Below are positions 20,636 to 31,215 of a stretch of DNA of 32,000 nt, piece by piece. Each line of letters opens with the position of its first letter. Positions within the stretch are counted from its first letter, which is position 1. The translations under genes were made by a program, and so were the position numbers. The DNA is taken from sequence record OX637807.1; one strand, given 5' to 3'. The notes beneath the pieces were generated by a model. That model worked only from the letters and a program-made list of their open reading frames with translations, had not been told where the DNA came from and ran no database searches.

Positions 20636-21589
20636 ATAAGACGAATGGGTGGTTTAATAAAATTTTTACCTTTTACTTATTCAGTTATGTTAATAGGAAC
20701 ATTGTCATTGTTAGCTACTCCTTTCCTTACAGGATTTTATAGTAAAGATTTAATACTAGAATTAGCCTATGGACAATATAATTTTAGCGGAACTTTTGCA
20801 TTCATTTTAGGTACTATAACTGCTGGTCTAACTGCTTTTTATAGTTTTAGATTAATAAGTCTAGTTTTCTTAACTGTACCTAATGGTCCTCGAATATCTT
20901 ATTTGAAATCTCATGAAGCTAATTTAACAGTTATCATACCTTTGTTTATATTAGCTTTATTTAGTATATTCTTTGGTTATATTATTTCTGATTTATTTTT
21001 AGGCTTAGGTTCTGGATTTTTTGGTAATTCTTTATTTATCCATCCAAATAACTTAACAATTATAGAAGCTGAATTTAGTTTACCTTTATTTATAAAATTA
21101 TTACCTTTATTTCTTAGTGTTACTGGTGCTATTTTAGCTATTTCATTATTTAATTATTTTCCAGAAATTTTAATTAAATTAACTGAAAATACTTTAGGAA
21201 AAAAAATATATACATTTTTAAATGGTAAATATTTTTTTGACATAATATATAATCAATATATCATTTATGGAGGTTTTCAAATAGGTTATACTACTTCTAA
21301 AATTTTAGATAGAGGTATAATAGAAATTTTAGGACCATATGGTTTATCTTATTCATTATATAACACTGGAAATAATATAGCTAAGTTAGATACTGGAATA
21401 ATAACGACTTATTCTTTATATATTACATTAGGTTTAATTACTTTATTATTCTTAGTATTTTCACCTATCTTATTAGAAAATTCTTATTTAAGTGATATTA
21501 GACTAGTAATTATATATATATCTTCTCTATTTTTAGTTATATCTTCTAACATTAATCCAAATTATAATTTAAAAAATATAATAAAATAA
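20636..21589 (+). CDS. nad5: NADH dehydrogenase subunit 5, exon 7 (5' boundary uncertain by up to 6 nt)
   Basis: IRRMGGLIKFLPFTYSVMLIGTLSLLATPFLTGFYSKDLILE..., stop TAA at 21587-21589. The seven exons total 2019 nt (672 aa). Confidence 0.9.
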   Translation: MRRMGGLIKFLPFTYSVMLIGTLSLLATPFLTGFYSKDLILELAYGQYNFSGTFAFILGTITAGLTAFYSFRLISLVFLTVPNGPRISYLKSHEANLTVIIPLFILALFSIFFGYIISDLFLGLGSGFFGNSLFIHPNNLTIIEAEFSLPLFIKLLPLFLSVTGAILAISLFNYFPEILIKLTENTLGKKIYTFLNGKYFFDIIYNQYIIYGGFQIGYTTSKILDRGIIEILGPYGLSYSLYNTGNNIAKLDTGIITTYSLYITLGLITLLFLVFSPILLENSYLSDIRLVIIYISSLFLVISSNINPNYNLKNIIK

Positions 21590-21631
21590 ACTTATTTTAT
21601 TATATTAAACTTGTAAATATAAAAATATTAA

Positions 21632-21636
21632 CCCCC
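21632..21636 (+). promoter_or_regulatory. C5 run 43 nt downstream of the nad5 stop; candidate 3' end-processing motif
   Basis: atattaaCCCCCttaaatt. Same context as the C7 run after orf363. Confidence 0.3.
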
Positions 21637-22169
21637 TTAAATTATTTTTATATATTTTTTTATTTTTTAATTATTTTTTTCATAAAAAAGTTAAAATAAA
21701 AATTAAGATAAAAAATTTTTTTTGTAAATTGAATTTTTATTTTTTAATTAAATTTTAATTTATTCAACTAAAAATTTTAAAATTTTATTAGGAATTATAA
21801 ATTTTTAAAATTAAGTTAAATAAAATTTAATTCCCTTTTTCTTCAATCTATTTCTAAAAATAAATATAAATTTATAAATATTTTAGATGTGTATCAGAAA
21901 GTGGTAGATTTACAAATTTAAACAATAACATAAACATAATTGATAATTCAAAACAAGCTAATATTTTTTTAGATAAATAATTTAAATTTTAAAATTTTTA
22001 AACTATAGCTTGAACTTTACTCCTAAAATTAAGAGTAAATATTTTATGGTTAAACCTACTAGAGATTTTAATTAAATCTCTTGTTTATAGCTTTTTATCG
22101 ATTTTTATTTATAAAAATTTAATCGAGTATTAATAAAATAATATAAGCTTTAAATAAAAATTTTTATTT

Positions 22170-22247
22170 GTGAAAAATCTTCTTATTAACATTTTAGCTT
22201 TTGCCTCTCTTATTTCCGCAGTTTTAGTTATTACTTCTAAAAATCCT
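22170..22247 (+). CDS. nad6: NADH dehydrogenase subunit 6, exon 1
   Basis: GTG start at 22170 (TTA at 22164 is an alternative; upstream stop at 22155). (M)KNLLINILAFASLISAVLVITSKNP. Ends in T. Confidence 0.8.
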
Positions 22248-23496
22248 GCCAAGCGTAATGGGAACACGCTATGATGGGAAAGACTATCAAACTCCGGGGA
22301 CACCCTAAAGCTTATAGTACCAAACTATAGTTGAAAGGCTATATGTGGATGAAGTAATTACTCATGTACGGTAATAAGCTATAAGATAAATGAAAATGAA
22401 ATGGGCAATCGCGGATCTAAGTCAGATTTCATATTGAAGTCTGTAAAAGAGCAACGAGTAGACGGTAATTGATGGACTAAGCCAATCTATTTAAGGTGTA
22501 CTCTAACGGGTTTCGAAAGAAATTATCCAATCAAAATCCCTTCTAAACAATTAACTAAAAAAAATTTTTCTACTTTCAAACCTCATCCTAAACTGAATCC
22601 CTGATATTTATCAGGTCTGGTTGATGCTGAAGGATCATTTTTTACATCCATTTTTAGAAATAAAGTATACAAATTGGGTTGGTGTGTATAATCTAAATTT
22701 CAAATTGTTCTACATAAACGCGATTTAGCTTTATTATTACAGGTACAACAATTTTTTGGTGGTGTAGGTAGAATATATATAGTTCAACTTCACAACATGG
22801 CAATTTATGTTGTAACTAAAAAAAGTGATTTAAATAATGTAATATTACCTCATTTTGAAAAATATCCTTTATTAACTCAAAAAGCAGCAGATTTTATTTT
22901 GTTTACACGAGTAGTCGAACTTATGACCAATAAAACTTCTATTTCTATTGAATGACTTTATCAAATTATTAATATAAAAGCAAAAATGAATTTAGGTTTA
23001 TCTGATATTTTAAAATCCAAGTTTAATAACTTTACTCCGGTTAAAAGACCACTAGTTTTAACTTATAAAATTCCAGATCCTAATTGGGTTGCTGGATTTG
23101 TCACAGGAGAGGGAAATTTCGATGTTATGATTCATAAGTCCAAAACACATAAAATAGGACATCAAGTACAATTAAGATTTAGAATTACACAACATGACAG
23201 AGATAAAAAAATTAATGGAGCATTTAATAAAATATTTAGGATCAGGAAAAATAGAAAAAGATCCTAGAAATCCAGTTGTTTCCTTAATAATAGTTAAATT
23301 TTAAGATATAAATAAAATAATTATTCCCTTTTTTGAACAAACTCCTCTGCTTGGTATTAAACAATTCGATTATCTAGATTGGTGTAAAGTAGCTAAATTA
23401 AAGAATGAAGGATCCCATCTTACAATAGAAGGTTTGGATTTGATTCGTACAATAAAATCTGGAATGAACACAGGTAGAAAATTAACTAATATTTAA
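22248..23496 (+). pseudogene. LAGLIDADG homing endonuclease, decayed (two TAA and one frameshift)
   Basis: MGNRGSKSDFILKSVKEQRVDGNW...ERNYPIKIPSKQ. Motifs SGLVDAEGSF and VAGFVTGEGNF. TAA at 22689-22691; +1 A in run 23205-23211; second TAA (aaa ttt taa gat, near 23300) where nad5-i1 has TCA. Confidence 0.8.
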
Positions 23497-23521
23497 TTGC
23501 ATGATAAATTTGATAGCCGTG
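22248..23521 (+). mobile_element. group I intron nad6-i1, paralog of nad5-i1
   Basis: Collinear with nad5-i1 throughout. A 37-nt stretch is identical (22511-22547 = 12564-12600). Both have the same GGGAA 12 nt into the intron and the same 3' end, catgataaatttga(c/t)agcc(a/g)tG. Confidence 0.85.
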
Positions 23522-24067
23522 GTAATAAGTATATTATATTTAATAATTACTTTCGTAAATGCTGCTGGTTATTTAATATTATCCGGCATAATATTTATAG
23601 GTATTTCTTATATAATTCTTTATATAGGAGCCATAGCCGTGTTATTCCTTTTTATAATAATGATGATTAATATAAGATTAATAGATATATTAGAAATTGG
23701 ATCAACCTATACTAAAAATATTCCATTAGCTTTTGCAATTGGGTTTTTATTTATCTACGAATTATTTAATATTTTGCCTTTTACTTTTAATAAAATATCA
23801 GGTATCACTTTTTTATTAGATGTTTTTAATAATTTAAATAAATTTTTATTAAACACTAGTAATTATGCTTCATTAGATAATATATTATTAACTTATAATC
23901 CAAACATTTTTGATATTAAATTTACAACTTTTTTACAAATTCAGGCAATAGGACATAGTCTTTATACTTATCAAGCTATTTTACTAATAATTTTAAGTCT
24001 TATTTTGTTGCTTGCAATGGTAGCTCCAATTTTAATTTCTAAAAATAATGTTAAAAATATAATATAA
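23522..24067 (+). CDS. nad6: NADH dehydrogenase subunit 6, exon 2
   Basis: VISILYLIITFVNAAGYLILSGIIFIGISYIILYIGAIAVLFLFIIMMINIRL..., stop TAA at 24065-24067. The two exons total 624 nt (207 aa). Confidence 0.88.
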   Translation, partial: VISILYLIITFVNAAGYLILSGIIFIGISYIILYIGAIAVLFLFIIMMINIRLIDILEIGSTYTKNIPLAFAIGFLFIYELFNILPFTFNKISGITFLLDVFNNLNKFLLNTSNYASLDNILLTYNPNIFDIKFTTFLQIQAIGHSLYTYQAILLIILSLILLLAMVAPILISKNNVKNII

Positions 24068-25206
24068 CCTATTCCTTCCTTTTTTAAATTACAATATTAC
24101 ATTTTATTAAAATAAAATTTATTTACCCCTTCTCCTTATGATTTGTGCCTTAGATTGCGTTATGGTAAAAAATTATTGCTAAAATTTAACTAAAAAAATT
24201 ATATCTTAATTTATCAATAAAAAAAACTAATTTAAAAAATTTAAGTAGCGTAGCTTAAAATATTAAATTATATTTTGATTATTAACTATTTTTATGACGC
24301 TTAATTTTTTCTATAGTTCTTCTTCAAGATAAAAATATAAAATTATGATTTTAATTGAAGCCTCGAATTATTATAAACATTAAAAATTTATAATTTATTA
24401 ATAATATAAAATAACAAAATTTTTTATGAATTTTATTTAACTTAATAACAGTAACTTATGCATATTATAATTTATAAATAAAATCTCTTAATTATCATCC
24501 AATAATTTAAACTTTAAATTTTGTCTACTTAAAAGATCGAAGAGATACAGTTTATATATTTTAATTGTTTCTATATATTTTTTATGTTTTAATATTTTAA
24601 AATTCAAGGTTTATTTTTTTTTAGTTTTATTTTTAAAATTTTAAACTCCATTTTTATACTAAAATATTATAATTTTTTACATTAAATACTGAATATTATT
24701 TTTATTATTAATAGCTAATTAATAATTCTAATAAAAATGAGTTTTCCTAGTCATTGTGTAATAATAATAAATATAAAAATTAAGGAGCCATTTTTTAAAT
24801 ATAAAAAAAATTAACTAAAAAAATATCTAAAATTAATTACACTAGAGTGTATTACTATTACTAAAATTATAACCAATAAATTATTGTATTTTTACACCCA
24901 AAATATGTTATTAAATAATTAAGCCACTCTTTTTTATATTTCTATTTTTTTTTATAAATTATAAATTAAACTTAAAATTTTATAATATAAATCTTTTTTA
25001 TTTTGAGAGATTGGTAATTTTAATTTTTTATTTTTCTATTATAAAAAGTTAATTATTCTTGTTAAAATAACACTAATTTATTAACTTTTTATAATTTTAT
25101 TTTTTCCCTATGATATATCATAGTTAAAGATAATTCTAATATCAAAAAAAATTAGTTAATTCTAATTAATGTTTCCGAAATCATTTCATATTTTACTTTT
25201 TTTATA

Positions 25207-25278
25207 TATTTATTTATTTATTTATTTATATTAGATTTGATTTTGTAAAATCTTATCTTTATCTTTATCTTTATCTTT
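25207..25278. repeat. adjacent microsatellites: (ATTT/TTTA) about 5 copies and (ATCTTT) about 4-5 copies
   Basis: tatttatttatttatttat at 25207-25229, and atctttatctttatctttatcttt at 25250-25278, in an ORF-free AT-rich region. Confidence 0.75.
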
Positions 25279-26454
25279 GAAGAGATAGTTATAATTTATA
25301 ATAACATAATAGCTTGTATAAAAAAAATAATATTATTATGCCTGTAAGAAAATATTTTATTAACATTTAATTATAAAATTTTACCTAATAATTTAATTAT
25401 AAGCAATACTTGCTTCTTTAAAAATTTTTCAGAAGAACATCAAGCAAGAATAAATTTCTAAGCAATTAAATTATATGAAATACAAGAAAAATTTAATAAT
25501 TTAAAAATATTAATAACATTAATAAAAATAACAATCTTAAATTTTAAATTGTTTTAATAAAACTAAGAACATTTAGAAAAATGAATAATAACTTCAACTT
25601 CTATTAAAGATCTAGCAGAACAATAAAAAAAGGATAACATAATGATGAGAACCGTAATACAATAATAAATTAATTAGAACGACAATTTCAAAATAATAAT
25701 AAACATATTCTGTTATTAAAAAAATTAGATAAAATTATTAATATTACTAATTCTAATAAAGAAAATTTTATAAACTCAATTTATTTTTTTATCGAAATAT
25801 ATCTTTAATTTTCATCAAATAAAAATAGTAATGCCTCTTTTTGGATTATTTTTATTTTTACTTTAATATTTTAAATGTATAATTTATTGATTTTTTAATT
25901 ATTTATTTTAGATTAGAAAAAAATTTTTACTAAACTTGCTTTTTTTTACCTTTAAAAGGTAAAAAAACATATATTAAATTATAACTATAGTTTACTCATT
26001 AATCTTCAGTGTTTTTTAATTTTCGTTTATATGATCCTATATATTATATTTATTAGATAAAAAATTTTAGTCTATTTTTTAAAAAATAGAACAAAATAAA
26101 AAGAATAACAATCTAAACCCTCATCTCATTTAATAAACTAAAATAAATATATAAATAAAAATATAAAATAAATATTTAAATATTTTTAAATAAAAATTTA
26201 AAAAAGAGTCATAAAAAAAAATTTTTTTTTAATTTATAAAATTATAAAATAAATTTATAATTTTTAAATAAAAATATAAAAACTATAAAATTTATTAAAT
26301 TATAATAGAAAATAAATATTATTTTAATAAATTATTAAAATTATAAAATAAATATATTTAATTAAATAGAAAAACATATAAATTGTTTTTTAAAAAAATA
26401 TATAAGTGTATATAATTAAAAAAAAGTAATTTAATATAAAATTAAAATCAATAA

Positions 26455-26526
26455 AAGCTTATAATTTAAAGGTTAGAATAATTTCTTGATGAGGAATAAG
26501 TAGAAGTTCAAATCTTCTTGGGCTTA
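26455..26526 (+). tRNA. trnI(gau): tRNA-Ile (anticodon GAU)
   Basis: Hand-folded cloverleaf. Acceptor aagctta/tgggctt (two G-U pairs), D stem attt/gaat with loop aaaggtta, anticodon stem atttc/ggaat with loop ttGATga (anticodon 26488-26490), variable aagt, T stem agaag/cttct with loop ttcaaat, discriminator A. 72 nt, no encoded CCA. Confidence 0.85.
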
Positions 26527-26590
26527 AAATATAATAAATAAATTATATAAAAAAATAATTATTAGAATATAAAAATTAAATATAAAGATA

Positions 26591-26787
26591 TTTTTTATAA
26601 ATAGTAATTAAAAAATTTTGTTTATTATTAACTACTGTGTAAAAAAAATAAACTATAAAACTTATAAAATCTTTAACCTAAAAAATTAGGTTTCACTTTG
26701 ATTATTTTATAATAATTAAAATAAAAGCAAAAATTTTTTTTCTTAATAATTTTGATTTTCTATCAAGGACTTTATAGCCTATTTTAA
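26591..26787 (+). repeat. direct repeat copy A (about 200 bp), upstream of orf363
   Basis: Aligns with 28501-28712, with small indels. Best block: cactttgattattttataataattaaaataaaagcaaaaatttttttcttaataattttgattttctatcaagga (about 26694-26770), against the near-identical 28616-28689. Confidence 0.8.
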
Positions 26788-26943
26788 TTTATATTTATAT
26801 CGGAATGCGAAATAAAATTATTAATTATTTTATATTAATAATTATTTATATATTTATTATTAATAAATAAAATATTAAATTCAAAATAACTTCTAATATA
26901 ACTAAATTAAAATAAATTAAAAACATATTTATAATAAAAATTA

Positions 26944-28035
26944 ATGTACTTAATGAATATAATAAATCTTATGAATTTAATGAATTTAATGAATTTATTT
27001 AACATAAATTTTCTAATTATTTTATTTAAATTTTGTGTTTGCTTTTGTGTCGGTATATTACTATTTTTTACTGTATCTAAAGTACAGGTGCTACTATCCT
27101 TAAAAAAATTATTTATTAAAAGTTCTTTCTTTGAACTATGGCTTATTTTTTATCTGATTTATTTTTTATGTGTATTTACTACTCAATTTATCTTTGATTT
27201 GATCCTTTGAGATTATTTTATTTTAGATAATGGTTCATATGATATTAATTCCTCATCGAATTTATTTGAAAATAATTTAATTGAAGAAAATAATCAAATT
27301 AAAAATTCTTCAAGTGATACAACTTCTTCAACTAATTCCTCTAATTCAACTTCATCAAATAATCCAAAATCAACTAATTCTAATGAACAAACATCATCAA
27401 CTAATTCTACATCTTCAACTAATTCTACATCTTCAGATAAAGATAAATCAGATTTAAATTTTATAGGTAAAGCTAGTGATGGTGCTATAATGACAGCCGC
27501 TGTTGCTGGAGGTTATAAAATCGCTCAAAAAGTACCGCATGTATCTTTAAAACTTGCAACTTTAGCTGGATCTGTATTGATAGGTGCTGGAGCTATTATT
27601 GAAAAAAATGTGGCTGGAAACTATAGCGAAGAATTAGGAAAAGATTTAGGAAAAGAATTTTTCTTTATATCTGTGGATAAAAATCTATCAAATCTATTTG
27701 ATTTAACTGGTAATTCTGTTATAGATTTATTAAAAATGATACAATTTTTCCATCATATGCAAATCTATTTTTTAATTTTAATTATATATTATTTTATCCT
27801 TCTAAAACTAAAAGAATCTACAATAGAGCGTATATTAAAAATTTTACCTAAAAAATTAAAAGACATTATTATGAAATCAATAATTATTTTAAAAAAATCT
27901 GGTATAATATTTGTATATTGTTTAGTTATTTTATTAATTGCATCTATATTATTAGCAAATCATTACTTTGATTTGTTTTTTACAAATTTTGATATTAACA
28001 TTGAAAAAATATATGAAATATATAAAAAAAAATAA
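26944..28035 (+). CDS. orphan ORF (363 codons), predicted membrane protein with a Ser/Thr/Asn-rich linker
   Basis: Track ORFs 26944-27210 and 27490-28035 share one frame and join through TGA=Trp at 27208, with no TAA/TAG between. Hydrophobic N-terminus, STN-rich tract (27290-27440), a Gly/Ala-rich locally GC-richer segment (AAVAGGYKIAQK...LATLAGSVLIGAGAII), hydrophobic C-terminal helices. No family recognised. Confidence 0.7.
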
Positions 28036-28043
28036 AATATTAA

Positions 28044-28050
28044 CCCCCCC
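28044..28050 (+). promoter_or_regulatory. C7 run 9 nt downstream of the orf363 stop; candidate 3' end-processing motif
   Basis: atattaaCCCCCCCacc. This is the longest C run in the window. Confidence 0.3.
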
Positions 28051-28500
28051 ACCAATAAAACTTTAATAAAATATGCTCAAAACCTTCCGAATTCCAAATT
28101 AATAATAAATATCTTATTAGAAATGTAAAAAAATCTTTATTAAATATAAAATATAATTAAACATAAATAATTAGATTAATAAAAAATACACAAAATTACT
28201 TTGATGAGGACTACAACGTTTGTAAACTCATACTAATCAATATAAAAAAAATAAAAAAGTGAATTATTATTAATATTCAATTTATCTTTGGTGAGTTATC
28301 TATTGATTTTTTGAGGAATGAATTTTATTTATTGTGGTTTTGATTGATTGGTTGGTGATGCTCCCCTCTTTCCATTTAATATTCGAATATAACTTAAAAT
28401 AATTCTAAAATAAAACATAAAATTTAAAAAGAAATAAAAATTTAAAAATAAAAAAAATTATTAAAAATAAAATTAAATAAATTTAAATAAGAAAAAATTA

Positions 28501-28712
28501 TTTTTTATAATAGTAATATAAATAATAGTAATAAAAATTGTTTATTAATTAATTACAGTGTAAAAAAATAGAATTATAAAAAAGGAAAAAATCTTTAACC
28601 TAACTACTTAGATCTCACTTTAATTATTTTATAATAATTAAAATAAAAGCAAAATTTTTTCTTAATAATTTTGATTTTTTATCAAGGATTTTATATTTAT
28701 AGCCTATTTTAT
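28501..28712 (+). repeat. direct repeat copy B (about 200 bp), downstream of orf363
   Basis: See copy A. Same orientation. The shared blocks tgtttatta...gtgtaaaaaaa, atctttaaccta, and the roughly 75-nt block ending tatcaagga are nearly identical. Confidence 0.8.
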
Positions 28713-31147
28713 TTTTCATTCTATTAATCATAATTAAAAAAAACATTTCGATTATTACTTAATTATTACTAATTTGGATTATATAAACTTCAGTAATAGA
28801 TTTTTCATGTAACTGTAGTTAATTATATTGATATAGAGGTAAAAATATAATAGAAATAATTCATAATTTGAAAAAAAATTTTTTTTATTTTTATTTTTAA
28901 TATAGATATTATAAATAATAATAAAGATAAATTTTTAATTATTTTAACTGAATTAATCAGCAAATTATCTAATATATTTAAATGATCTGGTGGTACTTTA
29001 TAATTAAAAAAATAAATATAAAACCAACTAATATAATAAATAAAATTATAAAGAATAAAATAAGTAAGAATAAAATTCTAAAAATTAAATTAATAAAGAA
29101 GAAAATTCTAAATAATAAAATAATGAGGAAGAAAATTTCAATAATAAAATATATTTTATAGTACCTGAATTTTTAATTATTAATGAATACTATTCCTAAA
29201 TAAAAATTGTGGGTTAATCAAAAAAAATAATACTAGTAATAAACTCTAATTCAAATGAAGAATTTATAAATATATTAAAAGAGGAAGATTTATTACAATG
29301 TATATTAAGTATAATAAATAAACCTTCTATTTTAAAAGATCTAATATCTATTGAATAAGGTGAAATTCCTCATCAGAGGATTTAAATAAAAATTAAGTAA
29401 AAAATAAATATAAAGTATGAAGAAAAGTATTAAAAAATTATTAAATGAAAAGGAAGAATTATCTGTTAGATTAATAAAATTTTAAGATATATCCTAAATA
29501 TTAGTATTAAAAAAAGGATTATATTTTTCTCAAATATGTATTGAATTTATTATTACTAATTCTAATTTAAATAAGTTAAAAGCTACTAATTTTTTAATAT
29601 CTCCTTTTTAGTTTATAGGGCCTTATTAATTAATTCTTTAAAGGTATAGAATACTTTCACTGAAAAAAAAAACATAAATATAGAAGAACTTAAAATTTTA
29701 ATTAAAACATAAGATCTACTAGTAATAAAATTTAATAGAAGGGTTATATTTATGATATCACTTTATTATTTTTTTTATGTTATTTTTATAAAGTATTTTT
29801 AACAAAAATATTTAAATTAATATTGGAATTTTTTCTTCTATTTTTATGTGATTAATTATAAAAGATAAAATACCTAATTGGTTAATTTTATTATTAATTT
29901 ATTTCACTATGCTTTGTATAATTATCTGAAGAATCGGACATAAATTCAAAAGTTTTAGTGTTGATATTATATTTAATATAGAAGCTATGATTCAAAATTT
30001 ATTTTCTTCATTTTTGAATATTTAGTTAATTTTTGTTCTTACTATAGATATTTTTTATTAAAATATTTTTTAATTTGACTTATTTTTATTTATTTTAGAA
30101 AATATAGAATTATATATTTATCTTCTATAATATAAAAAAAGATAGTGTAAAAATTCCTAAATATATATATATACTCAAATTTATTAAAATTTTATTAAAA
30201 ATTTAGAATAAATGTGCTTGGTTTAGATATATAGAATGATATTTAATATTTTATATTAAAATTGTTTTTATTCTTTTTTTTTCTTAACTTTATTAATTAT
30301 ATTTTTATTTTTATATAAAAATATGACTCTAATTTACAAAAAAAAATATTAATAGAATTATGTTTTTAAATAGACTAAATTAGATTTATATAAATATAAA
30401 TATAGATTAAGTAATTTATTATTAAATATTATTACTATTAAAGATAAAATTTTTATTTTACCTTTTGTTAACAATATTTTCGATAATGTTGAAAATCCGA
30501 TCTTTTGAAATTAAGTTACAGATCTTTTTCGTTTCTTATTGTGTTAATTATTATGATTATCTTAAAATAATTTAATATTCTAATTTATTTTAAATGCTAC
30601 TTCTACTTCAAGGATTTGATTTCTATTTTATATATGATTTACTATATATTTTTATTATATTAGGAATATATATATAAATTAAAAAATTTTTACAATAATA
30701 TAATATTCCGTATAAAAATATCTATGCTCAAAATGTTTTTTATTTTAGATTTGTTTTAATTACCATATTATCGATTTTTCGCTTAAAATTAAAAGACATA
30801 ATTTCATATTTATATTACTATAAATTTTATTTTTTAGATTAATTTTATTTAAAATTTAGTATAATCTAACTAAAGTTAACTAAATCAAATTTATAAAATT
30901 ACAAATATAAACTATCAAAAAAGATAATAAATCAACTAATTAGATAGTTAACATTAATTTTATATTATTGATATATGTATAAATATCTGTCATTTTAGTA
31001 TTATATAAAAATATATAAACATAAAATTTAAAATATAAATATTTATTTTATATAAATAAAAATACATATATATATGTATTTATAAGTATGTATAAATAAA
31101 CTTTATACATGTTAGACGCTATCTTTTATTAAGATTTTTTCTTAAAT

Positions 31148-31215
31148 ATGTTATTAATAGCAGCAAAATATATTGGAGCAGGTTTAGCCACTATTGGATT
31201 AGCTGGAGCTGGAGT
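31148..31215 (+). CDS. atp9: ATP synthase subunit 9 (subunit c), exon 1
   Basis: MLLIAAKYIGAGLATIGLAGAG(V). Boundary gt|a, so the exon ends in T. Confidence 0.88.

Noticed and set aside
22003-22092. tRNA-like element upstream of nad6 (hairpins tactc...gagta and agagattt...aaatctct)
   Set aside because: The loops and stems do not fit a cloverleaf (10-nt loop, 8-bp stem, no acceptor pairing). At most these are local hairpins in a leader region.
24245-24305. Possible tRNA (agcgt ... acgct pairing)
   Set aside because: Only about 5 bp of acceptor-like pairing, too few nucleotides between the arms, and no D, anticodon or T arms could be folded.
28196-28215. Fragment resembling the trnI anticodon arm (ttgatgagga)
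   Set aside because: Only about 10-13 nt match and the rest of the tRNA is absent, so it is too short to call a pseudo-tRNA. It is mentioned only as weak support in the repeat finding.
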